Source of the DNA: Gammaproteobacteria bacterium
GTDB taxonomy: Bacteria > Pseudomonadota > Gammaproteobacteria > UBA4575
DNA length: 64,000 nucleotides
NCBI GenBank assembly: GCA_965243395.1
Contig: CBDEUS010000001.1
Span: 640,001-704,000 of the forward strand
Reading direction: 5' to 3'
The notes under the pieces are model-generated. The model did not search any database, was not told the DNA's origin, and worked only from the letters and a program-made list of their open reading frames with translations. A program made the position numbers and the translations under genes. This document shows, piece by piece, positions 50,662 through 61,336 of this stretch (position 1 is the first letter of the stretch; the number at the start of each line of letters is the position of its first letter).

Positions 50662-51666
50662 TTAAACTCTAGGTGCTTCAACTTCTTGAAGGATGTCGTC
50701 GATCACTCTGTCTATCGGATAACCTTCAATTTCAAGATCTGCACTAAGTACAATTCGATGGCGCAGCACATTAGGAGCAACGTTTTTTACATCATCTGGG
50801 GTAACAAAGTTGTTGCCATTAATGAGTGCATTGGCACGTGCAGCACGTAATAACGCAATACTGCCACGGGGTCCTGAACCAATATCAATACCGTTACGGT
50901 TTCGTGTTGCCGCAGCAATACGCACCGTATATTGGATGATTTGTTCATCAATATGTAATTTCGCAGCCGCATTTTGTAGTACAACTACTTGTTCTGGTGT
51001 TAATTGTTGTTGAACAGCAGATACATCAAGTTTGTCCCCAATACTCTGAGAAGTGACTTGTTTCACTATGTTTACTTCATCTTCATGTTTTGGATAATCA
51101 ATTTTAATTTTAAGTAAAAATCGATCCAATTGTGCTTCCGGTAAAGGATACGTGCCTTCTTGTTCAACGGGGTTTTGGGTAGCCAATACTAAGAATGGTT
51201 CTTTAAGTTGAAATGATTGGCCTTCAATCGTTACTTGTTGTTCTTGCATAACCTCCAATAAAGAGGATTGTGTTTTTGCTGGTGCGCGGTTGATCTCATC
51301 AGCTAATAAAAAATTACAAAATACTGGTCCACGTCTGACTTTAAATTCTGTAGTTTTCATGTCATACATAACATGTCCAGTAACATCGCTTGGCATGAGG
51401 TCGGGTGTAAATTGAACACGACTGAATTTTCCACCAACTGCTGTAGCTAAAGAACGCACCAAAAGTGTTTTACCAGTGCCTGGTACACCTTCGATCAATG
51501 CATGGCCTGCAGCAATAAGAGTTACCAAAACCTGTTGAACTACATTATCTTGCCCGACTACGGCAGATGATATTGCATTTTCCAGTTTTTTGATTTGTTC
51601 TGTAATAGTTTGTAAATCAAAATTTTCAGAGTTGCTACTCATGTTTTCGTTCATTGGAGTATCCAT
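50662..51666 (-). CDS. MoxR family AAA+ ATPase
   Basis: EGVPGTGKT, QFTPDLMPSD, DEINRAPAKTQS, GTYPLPEAQLDRF. Confidence 0.95.
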   Translation of the reverse strand: MDTPMNENMSSNSENFDLQTITEQIKKLENAISSAVVGQDNVVQQVLVTLIAAGHALIEGVPGTGKTLLVRSLATAVGGKFSRVQFTPDLMPSDVTGHVMYDMKTTEFKVRRGPVFCNFLLADEINRAPAKTQSSLLEVMQEQQVTIEGQSFQLKEPFLVLATQNPVEQEGTYPLPEAQLDRFLLKIKIDYPKHEDEVNIVKQVTSQSIGDKLDVSAVQQQLTPEQVVVLQNAAAKLHIDEQIIQYTVRIAAATRNRNGIDIGSGPRGSIALLRAARANALINGNNFVTPDDVKNVAPNVLRHRIVLSADLEIEGYPIDRVIDDILQEVEAPRV

Positions 51667-52853
51667 AGTTTTTGTAAATGATGGGATGATTTTATATATT
51701 CGTTTGTCGATTTCGGTTGGAAATAAAGAGCTTGATGAATTTCTTCAGGCGTAATATCTAAAATTTTTGATATATGTTGCATGCGTTCTTCAGTAGACAT
51801 GCCTTTAAGTGCCGGATATCTTCTTAACAGAGCATTTTCACAGGTAAATCGACTTTGGTTTAATAAATGCACACCGCGATCCTGTCGCCAACTGAAACGT
51901 GCTATTGCGCGTAAATGTTCTATGATATTTCGCTTAGAGTAATCTGCATTTAATAATATTGGGCCTATTCTATTTTGCATTGACCATAACCATAGAATTA
52001 GCAATGCAATAAAAGCAAGACTCGCATGTTTTGCATATCTCCATATCAATGTAAATATCGAGTCAGACTGAGTGTTGTAAAGTAAAAGTATTTTATTCTT
52101 TAAGTGTTCTTCTCCAGAATTGAGCAACCACAGAAGATAAGCATGATCATTTTCGCCGATATTTGTATTGCTTAAAAAGTTATTATCACTTAATACGGTA
52201 AGTTTGCCTTTGCCAATATTATGTTGAAGCAAATGATAGCCATACGCATCTTTTAATGATAAAGAAGAGTTATTATTAACATCGATAAGTTGCGTATCTG
52301 GGTAAAAATCAATGCTAATTTTTTTACCATTTTTTAGAATATATTCTTGTACACTTTCGTCATAAGGGTAGGGGTTATCATCATCAAAATTGGTATATTG
52401 TGCCTTTATTCCATACTCATCTAATAATTGATTTTCTTCATTGTTTTCATACAAATCATCCCCAAAATAATCATATTTTTCCTCATTATTTACATACTTG
52501 AAGTTGGTGGCAGTGAAAATAAGATGTCCACCATTTTTTATCCAATTTTTTAAATTTTTAAAGTTTGTAGGAGAGAGTTTTGGGCCATAATCGTTTATCA
52601 GTATGGTTTGATTGGTATCATGAGCTTCAAGCAGTCGTGCTCGATTATTGTCACTTTCCACATCAAATCCTAATTCACGCAGAAAATATTCTGCGGCTAA
52701 GAATTTATTTCGCCTGGCTTTTGCAGAATAATCTGTTGTTTTTTCGACTTCTTTATACTCGAAATTTTCGTAAAACCACTTTGTGCCAGCAGCCGTAAGT
52801 ATGGTTACCAGGCCTATAAAAATAATCATCAATAAACGCTTGTCAGTGCTCAT
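51651..52853 (-). CDS. DUF4350 membrane protein
   Basis: N- and C-terminal TM, WI..GG.L, G.G.LTV.SD, N..IGE.DHA; MoxR cluster context. Confidence 0.8.
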   Translation of the reverse strand: MSTDKRLLMIIFIGLVTILTAAGTKWFYENFEYKEVEKTTDYSAKARRNKFLAAEYFLRELGFDVESDNNRARLLEAHDTNQTILINDYGPKLSPTNFKNLKNWIKNGGHLIFTATNFKYVNNEEKYDYFGDDLYENNEENQLLDEYGIKAQYTNFDDDNPYPYDESVQEYILKNGKKISIDFYPDTQLIDVNNNSSLSLKDAYGYHLLQHNIGKGKLTVLSDNNFLSNTNIGENDHAYLLWLLNSGEEHLKNKILLLYNTQSDSIFTLIWRYAKHASLAFIALLILWLWSMQNRIGPILLNADYSKRNIIEHLRAIARFSWRQDRGVHLLNQSRFTCENALLRRYPALKGMSTEERMQHISKILDITPEEIHQALYFQPKSTNEYIKSSHHLQKLWILQ

Positions 52854-54430
52854 GAAATATCCTGGTTATAGAGGAGTGCGTAGTGTTTAGACCAACCTTC
52901 ACGCAAATCAGCTAATGTTTCTTTGGAAGGTTCGCGATCTGCATAGGCAAGCATTATCCATGCATGAGTGAGAGACTTAAAAAATTTGGATTCATTTACA
53001 TCACGCTTTCTAGATACGATACTGGCGCATTCTTGCTCGGTTGCGCTGGCAGGAATTTCAATATCGCCATGATGAACAATTGCAGATAGTGTTGCTCTAT
53101 ACAATAAGCTTAAGGCTTCTCGATATTGTTTATTATTAATTAGAACTGAGAATGCCGCTAAAATATCTGCTGGTAAAGTATTTTTAGACATTTCCATACC
53201 CAAAATTTTATTAGGTATAGCTGCAGTTTGATTATTTGTTCTCTGCGTGGGTAAGTTGATCCAATTTAACCAATGTGAATATTTACTAATTAACCAAACT
53301 ATAAATCCTGCAATTGCGATCCAAATAATAATTTCTATTATTTTAAAACCTGCACTTACATCATCATCAAGCAAATTTCTAAACAACCATTCTAAAAAAT
53401 CTTTTAACCATTGCGGAGGCTCACTATTTTCGTCTTCAGAATCACTTCCAATGAATGTTAATTCTTTTTTAGTGATGGTCTTTCCGAAATCTTCATGTTT
53501 TAAGACTTCTTCTATAGTAGTTTTAGCATCATTTTTATCAATGTTTAGTGCATCGTCTGCATAGCTGTTATTTGGAAAAAGTGAAAAAGTCAGTAAACAT
53601 GATAGTAACGGCAAGCAAGCTAATATAACTCCTGATGATTTTTCATTATTTTGTTTAATAGTTGAAGTGTTACTTTCAAGGCGGTTTTTCATGCGCTTGA
53701 AGCCTAATTCAATATCCCAACCTTCAAGCTTTATTCTTCGGGTAATGTATAGAGCGAAGCCGGACGCCACATAGATAGGCGCCATGATGGAAATGCAAAT
53801 AAAATACGCTATGTTATTAATAGCCAATAAGATGGAACCTTCACCACCTAGCCATTCTAATAATGATAAATCATCATTTAATTCTGATGGAATTAATGCA
53901 AATAGAAAAATTAGTAATGATGTATAAAGTAAATATTCTATATGCACACATATTATTGTTAACCACTGGGCGGCACTACTTTGTTGCGCATGAAGAACAT
54001 TCAATCTAGATCTACGCTCTTTGCCTTTGAGACCTTCTAACATTGCAACAGGATTGTTGAATGATCGGCTTAAGCTAAGTCTGCGCCATAATAGCAATGC
54101 AGCTAATTGCGGTTTAATAATTTTAAAATAATCTTTTAATACATCACGTAATGTGACAGGTTCAGAAAATAATTGCCGGCTTAATATGAATAGTAATGGT
54201 TGTTCATATAACGGCTTGCCCCACCAAAAAAGTATAAATAAGAAGATGCTCAATGTTTCATCTTCAACACTATACATAAGTATCATTGCGATAATAAAAA
54301 CAGGTAAAGCACCTATGAGCCATGCACCCCATAAGCGTAAAAACCACTGTCTTGCGAGCGTACAACCTAAATCTATCGCTTCCCAGTTAGAGCGTTTGCG
54401 TAAAGCAATTGAAAGATTTTCAACTTGCAC
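52850..54430 (-). CDS. DUF4129-containing membrane protein
   Basis: R.R..WEAIDLG, R..LEGWDIEL, ALSLLYRA; GTG 54430 is the likely start. Confidence 0.8.
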   Translation of the reverse strand: MQVENLSIALRKRSNWEAIDLGCTLARQWFLRLWGAWLIGALPVFIIAMILMYSVEDETLSIFLFILFWWGKPLYEQPLLFILSRQLFSEPVTLRDVLKDYFKIIKPQLAALLLWRRLSLSRSFNNPVAMLEGLKGKERRSRLNVLHAQQSSAAQWLTIICVHIEYLLYTSLLIFLFALIPSELNDDLSLLEWLGGEGSILLAINNIAYFICISIMAPIYVASGFALYITRRIKLEGWDIELGFKRMKNRLESNTSTIKQNNEKSSGVILACLPLLSCLLTFSLFPNNSYADDALNIDKNDAKTTIEEVLKHEDFGKTITKKELTFIGSDSEDENSEPPQWLKDFLEWLFRNLLDDDVSAGFKIIEIIIWIAIAGFIVWLISKYSHWLNWINLPTQRTNNQTAAIPNKILGMEMSKNTLPADILAAFSVLINNKQYREALSLLYRATLSAIVHHGDIEIPASATEQECASIVSRKRDVNESKFFKSLTHAWIMLAYADREPSKETLADLREGWSKHYALLYNQDIS

Positions 54431-55409
54431 GTGGGCCTCGTCCTGCAAACAATAAATAGAAAATAACAATCGCCCACAAAATGGCGGCAATGAAATACTT
54501 TGAATTTGCGCTAACAAATGAAGAAGGTGACCAGAATGCCTCAATAAATGCAGCAACGACTAGCATTAATGCTGCTCCCATGACTAATTGAATAGAATCT
54601 TTGCCGATAAGCTTTAGAGCATCTAATCTGTGTAAATTGCCAGGTGAAAAAATAGGTTTAGCTATAAGCAAACCTGCCATACCACAAATTACGATAGCGG
54701 TTAACTCAAATGAACCGTGGCCCGATACGAAGGACCAAAAGGTTTCTATAAAACCAAGCTGAGTTAGATATCCGGATACACCACCAATTATTAAACCGTT
54801 ATAAATTAAAAAAAATAATGAACCAATTCCTAAAATAATTCCGCTTGCAAAAGTACGAAAGCCAACGGAAATGTTATTAAAAATATAATAACCAAACATC
54901 ATAATATCTGTGTCTGCTTGTCTGTCTTCTTCGCGTCCTAAATTTCGATTTTCAGGATCATACATATACTCCATACTGGCAACTGAAATTGGATCCATGA
55001 CACTGTATATGATTTCACTATTTTTAAAGCAGACAATGCCCATTGTGATTGCAGGCACATAAAATAAAGCCGCTGCAAGCCAAAATGCTTTATAGTGTCT
55101 TCGGACTAAATTTGGAAAGCTACTACTAATAAATTCAAATACTCTCCACAACCAAACCGTTTTGTTTCGGTATATTATCTCGTGTCCTTTTAATACTAAG
55201 TTATGCAATCGCTGTGTGAGTACTGGGCTATAATGTCTTTGTTTTGCAATTGCAAAATGGTTGCATATTTTTCGATATTGTTTTGGTAATTTATAGCGTT
55301 CCTGAAGACTTGAGGCCTGCTTCTTTTTATTCTTATCAAGATCATTAACCAAATATTCAAATTCTTGCCAGAATGACTGATATTTCTTTTCGAATTGAAT
55401 CTGTTTCAT
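54420..55409 (-). CDS. Stage II sporulation protein M (DUF95) family membrane protein
   Basis: YI.NNI.V.F..FA.G, GHGSFELTAI, AAFIEAFWS. Confidence 0.88.
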   Translation of the reverse strand: MKQIQFEKKYQSFWQEFEYLVNDLDKNKKKQASSLQERYKLPKQYRKICNHFAIAKQRHYSPVLTQRLHNLVLKGHEIIYRNKTVWLWRVFEFISSSFPNLVRRHYKAFWLAAALFYVPAITMGIVCFKNSEIIYSVMDPISVASMEYMYDPENRNLGREEDRQADTDIMMFGYYIFNNISVGFRTFASGIILGIGSLFFLIYNGLIIGGVSGYLTQLGFIETFWSFVSGHGSFELTAIVICGMAGLLIAKPIFSPGNLHRLDALKLIGKDSIQLVMGAALMLVVAAFIEAFWSPSSFVSANSKYFIAAILWAIVIFYLLFAGRGPRAS

Positions 55410-55421
55410 GATTTAATAATT

Positions 55422-56099
55422 TTATTGGCCCTTTAATAACCAATTTGCATATTTGTGAAGTTCTTTTACAGATGCATCATTTTGTTTACCCGTTAACTGA
55501 GTGAGAATGTTGCTAAGTTCTTGTTGACGAGGAATAGACAAGAATTCATGTCGTTCTGCAAAATCTAAAATAGAACGCTGTTCAGTAATCGTTAATGGTA
55601 AAGGTAAGGGAATGGGTTCAGCAGAGGGAGCATTAATTTTTGAATTTTTATTATCTCGATAAACAACAACTGTACCAGCGGCAAGATCACCAAGCCTTTT
55701 AAAGTCACGATTAATAAACATGGTAAGTAGCCCTAATGCATATGCAAAAGGTAAAAAGTCAGCTACACGTAGTAAATTTCTTAGCATCGAGCTTTGCCAA
55801 TTTACAGGTGTTCCATCATCATGACATACATATAAATTGAGAATTTTTTTGCCGGGTGTGGCGCCTTGGTAAAGTTCGAAAAGGACTGGATAAAACCATT
55901 CGACAATAAAAATGATTAATAAAATTAATCCCCAACCTACAGCGCCCAACCAGATCAATACAAAATATGCAGCAGTCTGAATCGTTGAACGAATAATAAA
56001 ATCGATCAACCAAGCATTGATACGAATAATCGGCCCTGCTAGGCGTAATTCCAGATCTACCCCTTCCGGTACTTCAAATTTACGAATCGTGTCTAACAT
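55422..56099 (-). CDS. RDD family membrane protein
   Basis: PEGV.L, R..AW.ID, TPGK, RLGDLAAGTVV. Confidence 0.9.
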   Translation of the reverse strand: MLDTIRKFEVPEGVDLELRLAGPIIRINAWLIDFIIRSTIQTAAYFVLIWLGAVGWGLILLIIFIVEWFYPVLFELYQGATPGKKILNLYVCHDDGTPVNWQSSMLRNLLRVADFLPFAYALGLLTMFINRDFKRLGDLAAGTVVVYRDNKNSKINAPSAEPIPLPLPLTITEQRSILDFAERHEFLSIPRQQELSNILTQLTGKQNDASVKELHKYANWLLKGQ

Positions 56100-56509
56100 C
56101 AGGATAAAAGATTAAATTTTTATTAGATAACATCCAGAAGTCATTGATAAATATGTCAATAATTCCTGTGAGATTTTACTTATCAAGGCTGTTTCTTCAG
56201 CCATAAATACCATGGAGTTACTCATTAATGAGTCAGACGGCATAAATGTATATCGGAGATTGGCGAATGGCTAGTAATAGATTTTTCCCCTTGAGCGCAG
56301 TATATGGTTTTGCTGAATTTGGGAGCATGTCTAAACTTAGGATGAGGAATGCAAGCCAAGTCAAATTGTCTAAAAGTATCTTGAAAAATCTAAATTAAAT
56401 TATATCTCTATATGATTATCAGGTTTGCAAAATTAGCAAATAATGGATACTGAAAATTGCCGCAATTAAACTTATATATAGTAGTCATTATGTAAATTAG
56501 GAGAATGTA

Positions 56510-56896
56510 ATGTTTAACCCACTCAGTATTCCGTTTGGATGCGTAATGTTATACAACGTTGTAAAGTTAAAAGAAAATGTTTCTGAAGAAGATGTTCAGT
56601 TAGCATTAGGTGAAATGTGTAATGTTGTAAAAAATAAATATGGAGATGATAAAGGCGGCTTTATAGGCGGTCAGGTGTATAAGTTTTCTGGATTTATATC
56701 TGATGAGGGTTCTATTGCTTCTCAAAAACAAACAGAAGACCATATTGCAATCGTTACATATTGGCAGTCATTTGAGCAGCATGAAAAGTCCCATGCAGAT
56801 AGTGTTTTCAAAGAAAAGTTTGAAGCATTAGGAAATTATGCCAGTGAAACCTATGAAATAGGTTATGAAATGCTATGGCAGGGCGAGCCAGAATAG
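56510..56896 (+). CDS. Dimeric alpha/beta barrel protein resembling the catalytic domain of sulfur oxygenase reductase
   Basis: AGGAG RBS; EMCNVV, GFIGGQ, YW.SFEQHEKSH, YEIGYE. Confidence 0.55.
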   Translation: MFNPLSIPFGCVMLYNVVKLKENVSEEDVQLALGEMCNVVKNKYGDDKGGFIGGQVYKFSGFISDEGSIASQKQTEDHIAIVTYWQSFEQHEKSHADSVFKEKFEALGNYASETYEIGYEMLWQGEPE

Positions 56897-56919
56897 AGCA
56901 ATTGTTTGAAATTAGTGCT

Positions 56920-57465
56920 TTAGGATGATTTAGAAGCAGTTTTCTTCTTTTTTGGTGGCTTACGTTTATTGCGTTTAGGCCCTAATGTAAACCAATATTC
57001 TTTTGTGAGAGCATGAAAATAATCCGCCTCATCTGTTAACAATTTAGAAGTAGTACTTTGAACAGCGGCTATTTCAACTCGCACTCCTTCGCCTTTAAGA
57101 TGTCTTACAAGTTCTATATAGTCAGAGTCGCCAGACATGATAATAATAGTGTCGACTTTACTGGCCACTTGGGTAGCCTTGATTGAAAGTGGAATATCAG
57201 CACTTTTATGACAGGGTCGAACAGAGCCATGGTAAAACTCATGTAATCGTTCTTGGAGTTTTTGGGATATTTGTTTACCTTCACGAAAATATATTAATCG
57301 GCTAAGACCTCTGTTATCCAATAGTTTTGGAATGAGAGTGTCGAAATTGAGCATGGAGTTTTCATCGCCTGTCTCAGTGTGAATGCTGCGCTCGATGTTG
57401 TTGCCGTCAATTAATATCGCAACGGATTGACTAATCAGCACGCCTTCTTTTTGTGTAGATGCCAT
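56920..57465 (-). CDS. NYN domain (LabA/DUF88) protein
   Basis: IDGNN, K.AD, SGDSDY, G.RVE, L..EADYF. Confidence 0.88.
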   Translation of the reverse strand: MASTQKEGVLISQSVAILIDGNNIERSIHTETGDENSMLNFDTLIPKLLDNRGLSRLIYFREGKQISQKLQERLHEFYHGSVRPCHKSADIPLSIKATQVASKVDTIIIMSGDSDYIELVRHLKGEGVRVEIAAVQSTTSKLLTDEADYFHALTKEYWFTLGPKRNKRKPPKKKKTASKSS

Positions 57466-57563
57466 AAATGTATTCTAGCGCTTAATATGAGAAGGTTACA
57501 AACCGAATGGTTAAAATGATAAGCAAATAATTTTGCATATACCTATGATAGTTCAATGAAGAT

Positions 57564-59312
57564 ATGGATGTTTTACGTTTAACAAACCAGGAATTTTATA
57601 ATCGGCTACATTCGCATATTAGAAAAATCTATAGCGAAAACTCTGCTATACAAGTTGTTGAAAATATTTTGGAAATATTTTCTGATTTGCAGCCTTTAAA
57701 AGAACAAGATGCAAATAGTTTAGAACCTTGGAGTCAAAGTGATATTTATCTAATTACATATGGCAATTCAATTCTCTCAGGTTCAAATAAGCCTTTAGAG
57801 GTTTTACATCAATTCCTTACAAAGTACTTGAAAGGTGTAGTTAGCACGGTTCATATATTGCCATTTTTCCCGTATAGCTCTGATGATGGATTCGCAGTGA
57901 TTGACTATAAGCAAGTCAATACAGAGCTGGGTGATTGGCAGGATATTAAAAAAATCTCTCAACAATTTAACTTGATGGTTGATTTAGTCATAAACCATAT
58001 CTCTTCTGAAAGTGAATGGTTTATACAGTTTTTAAATAACGAGGAACCAGGTTGTAATTATTTTATTACAGCTGATGAAAAAGATGATCTGTCCAAAGTG
58101 GTACGTCCTCGTGCAAGTAATCTATTGCAATCAGTAGAAACAAAAAACGGCATCGAAAATGTTTGGTGTACTTTTAGTCATGATCAAATCGATTTGAATT
58201 TTTCAAACCCTGATGTATTGATAGAATTTATAAAAATACTTAGTTTTTATATGCGGCAAGGTGTGCGAGTTATACGTTTAGATGCAATTGCATTTTTATG
58301 GAAAAAAATTGGTACAAACTGCATAAACCTTTCACAAACTCATGAGATTGTAAAAGTATTTCGATTAATTGTTGAACGTTATTTCCCAACCGCTTTATTT
58401 GTTACTGAAACGAATATTCCTAATATAGAAAATTTAAAATATTTTGGTAACTCTAACGAAGCCCATATCATTTATAATTTCAGTTTACCTCCTTTGTTGT
58501 TGCATGCAATGTGGTCAAGTACTTCAGAGCATTTAGTTCGCTGGTCTATGAGTTTGCCTCCTGCGCCTACAAACTGTACTTATTTAAACTTCACAGCATC
58601 TCATGATGGGATTGGTTTGCGTCCTGTAGAGGGAATTCTATCTGATGAGGTGACAGATGCATTAGTTGAAGGTATGCAAACATTTGGGGGGCAGGTAACA
58701 ACCAGAGCTATTACAGATGCTGGCGAGCGACCTTATGAGATTAATATTACTTGGATGGATGCCATGAAAGGCACCATTGAAGGTGAAGACAAATATCAAC
58801 TAGAAAGATTTTTATGTTCTCAGACAATTATGCTGGGTTTGGAAGGCATTCCAGCGTTTTATATTCATAGTTTACTTGCAGGTGAAAATGATTATGAGAA
58901 TTATGCTGCCACCAATCATAAGCGTGCGATCAATAGAGGTCAGTGGGATTATGATGAAGTGAATCAAATGTTAAGTGATTATACCTCTAAGTCTTGTAAA
59001 ATTTTTCATGATTTAAAACGACTAATTTCAATTCGATCCAAACAAGCAGCATTTCATCCTAATGCTACCCAATTTACATTGCATCTTGGAGCATCTTTAT
59101 TTGGGTATTGGCGCCAAAGTATGGATCGTGAACAAAGTATATTTGCAATTCATAATGTCACAAATAAAGAGCAGCCACTTTCCTTGTCTAACATAAATCT
59201 TATTTGTACTGATGCATGGGTTGATTTAATTGCATGGGATACAGTTGATTTGTCAACTGAAGTAATTACTTTGCAGCCTTACCAATGTTTATGGATTACC
59301 AATAAAAGTTAG
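57564..59312 (+). CDS. GH13_18 sugar phosphorylase, probably glucosylglycerate phosphorylase
   Basis: HILPFFPYSSDDGF, DLVINH, RLDAIAFLWK, TETN, ASHDGIG, PYE.N. Confidence 0.88.
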   Translation: MDVLRLTNQEFYNRLHSHIRKIYSENSAIQVVENILEIFSDLQPLKEQDANSLEPWSQSDIYLITYGNSILSGSNKPLEVLHQFLTKYLKGVVSTVHILPFFPYSSDDGFAVIDYKQVNTELGDWQDIKKISQQFNLMVDLVINHISSESEWFIQFLNNEEPGCNYFITADEKDDLSKVVRPRASNLLQSVETKNGIENVWCTFSHDQIDLNFSNPDVLIEFIKILSFYMRQGVRVIRLDAIAFLWKKIGTNCINLSQTHEIVKVFRLIVERYFPTALFVTETNIPNIENLKYFGNSNEAHIIYNFSLPPLLLHAMWSSTSEHLVRWSMSLPPAPTNCTYLNFTASHDGIGLRPVEGILSDEVTDALVEGMQTFGGQVTTRAITDAGERPYEINITWMDAMKGTIEGEDKYQLERFLCSQTIMLGLEGIPAFYIHSLLAGENDYENYAATNHKRAINRGQWDYDEVNQMLSDYTSKSCKIFHDLKRLISIRSKQAAFHPNATQFTLHLGASLFGYWRQSMDREQSIFAIHNVTNKEQPLSLSNINLICTDAWVDLIAWDTVDLSTEVITLQPYQCLWITNKS

Positions 59313-60520
59313 GCGTTATCTTCAGATACTGCTTTGTATAAGTTTGTAAAAATATCTGGGATTGCACTTGCAACGCGCGACCATGTTGGCATGAAAGGTG
59401 TTTCCATAGGATTAGATAAAAACTTGTCACCTGCATCCATAATATTCTGTGCGAATAGCTCTACAGTGCTTTCTTCTTTATGCCGATCTACTGTTAATTC
59501 GTTCATAGCTGCATCGTTCGAATAATTATCTATTAGATCTAATGCGCGTCGATAATATGCGGCTTTAATTGTACGAAACTGTTCAGGTGTTAATGTAATA
59601 CCATGAGTAGCTAGCTTACGATAAATGATTTTGGAAATGTCTATACTCATTTTCGAAAGTCCTGCATTTGGATTATTTTCTGAAAGACTCTGATGTTTAT
59701 GATCGTAACAATCAGCTATATCGACTTGGCAAATGCGTTGGTTTGAATATCTACGGTACATTTCAGACAGAATACCGATCTCTAACCCCCAGTCACTCGG
59801 TATACGCAAAGAATTAACTACACCTGCGCGCATAGAAAACTCACCGGCCAATACATAACGGAAACTACCTAAAAAGTCTAAATAATCATGCGGTCCAACA
59901 GATTGTTTTAGAGCCGTGAGAAGCGGTAACACTAATAATCGTGATACTCGGCCCGAAAAATTATTTTCATGTGCACGATAGTAATACCCCTTACAAAATA
60001 CATAATCAAAAGTGGGGTGATTGACCGGATATAATAGTTTTGCAGGAATGCTTCGGTCATATGTCAATACGTCACAGTCATGCAGTGCAACTGCCTTAGA
60101 TTTTCCAGATGCAAGGAAATAGCCGAGGCAATACCAAACGTTACGGCCTTTTCCAGATTGCTCAGGCGCTAAACTATGTTCATTAATATCTTGATCAATT
60201 TTTCTAAGCTTTGGTCCATCGTTCCATAGGATGACGTGATGTTGTGGAAGTTTATTGAAAAATTCCCGTGCGTGGTCAAATTCTTCCTTGTTGGCTGCAT
60301 CTAGGCCAATAATAATTTCAGATATATACGAAGCTTTAGTAAGTTCTTCAATAATATTACTAAGTGCTGGACCGTGAAGTTCTGAATACAAACAAGGCAA
60401 GATTAGTGACATAGGGCGTGACTTGCTCCATTGGTTTAATTCTTTTTCTATCGACTCAGTGCTACGGTCTGTTAAATTATGTAACGTCGCAATCACACCG
60501 TTTTGAAAAAAATCTGTCAC
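59309..60520 (-). CDS. gpgS: Glucosyl-3-phosphoglycerate synthase
   Basis: DFFQNG.I.TLH, GKGRNVW, HDCD, GRV.RL, LAGEF, DWGLEIG, YDHKHQ. Confidence 0.85.
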   Translation of the reverse strand: MTDFFQNGVIATLHNLTDRSTESIEKELNQWSKSRPMSLILPCLYSELHGPALSNIIEELTKASYISEIIIGLDAANKEEFDHAREFFNKLPQHHVILWNDGPKLRKIDQDINEHSLAPEQSGKGRNVWYCLGYFLASGKSKAVALHDCDVLTYDRSIPAKLLYPVNHPTFDYVFCKGYYYRAHENNFSGRVSRLLVLPLLTALKQSVGPHDYLDFLGSFRYVLAGEFSMRAGVVNSLRIPSDWGLEIGILSEMYRRYSNQRICQVDIADCYDHKHQSLSENNPNAGLSKMSIDISKIIYRKLATHGITLTPEQFRTIKAAYYRRALDLIDNYSNDAAMNELTVDRHKEESTVELFAQNIMDAGDKFLSNPMETPFMPTWSRVASAIPDIFTNLYKAVSEDNA

Positions 60521-61326
60521 TCTAATAACTCCTGAAGTAATTCAAGTAATGCATCATTCCAACCTTGTGGGCCAGAATGTTTGGCAATCTTAAGGGTAAC
60601 ATGATTATCAATGCACATTTTTGGTGCGTGTGGATTGGGAATAACGATGCCATAGGTTGCATTTTCCAGCATTTTTAAATCATTAGGACTGTCACCTAAA
60701 GCAATTGATGTAATTTGATTGTTGTAGTAGCTGGAAAATTGTTCAATTAATAATGACATTGTTGTAGCTTTATCGTGTTTACCCATTACATGATGAAAAC
60801 GTCCACCGCTAACTAAAGTTAGATTATATTGAGCAAGTTGCTCGCTAAATGTCTGAAGCTTGGGATCTTCATCCAACCATAAGAGTGGTTCAGTACTATC
60901 GCGCTGATTTGCGTATATAGCCTGTTGTTTTGATAGACCTGTATATTTAATCAGTTCTTCGAGACTCATTTGCTTAAAACTTTTAAACTTGTATGTATCT
61001 TCAAATTTTTTCAATATTTGGTTAATTTCATCACGAGGTATACCTATGATCGCTTTACAATATTGCTTATTGTTTTGTTTGTTTTTTGAAAAAAAATCAT
61101 TTGGTGTTGAAATAAGACCACCGTTTTCAGCAATAAACGGGTAAAAAAATTCAGTTTGATTACAAAGTTCTTCGATTTCTATTGCAGTTTTACTACTGGT
61201 AAATACTAAAGGTATTTGATTTTTTTGCAGATACTGTAAGCAAGGTTCTGCTGCAGCATAACTATAATTTTCGTGATCAAGCAGTGTGCCATCTAGATCT
61301 GTAAAAATAACAATATTTGTATACAT
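60517..61326 (-). CDS. gpgP: Glucosyl/mannosyl-3-phosphoglycerate phosphatase (HAD IIB)
   Basis: TDLDGTLLD, SSKT..E, ENGG, GGRF.H, LGDSPND, GP.GW. Confidence 0.87.
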   Translation of the reverse strand: MYTNIVIFTDLDGTLLDHENYSYAAAEPCLQYLQKNQIPLVFTSSKTAIEIEELCNQTEFFYPFIAENGGLISTPNDFFSKNKQNNKQYCKAIIGIPRDEINQILKKFEDTYKFKSFKQMSLEELIKYTGLSKQQAIYANQRDSTEPLLWLDEDPKLQTFSEQLAQYNLTLVSGGRFHHVMGKHDKATTMSLLIEQFSSYYNNQITSIALGDSPNDLKMLENATYGIVIPNPHAPKMCIDNHVTLKIAKHSGPQGWNDALLELLQELLE

Positions 61327-61336
61327 AAGAATCGAG

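Noticed and set aside
54431-54556. N-terminal extension of the DUF4129 ORF overlapping spoIIM
   Set aside because: GTG at 54430 gives a family-like N-terminus with only a short overlap
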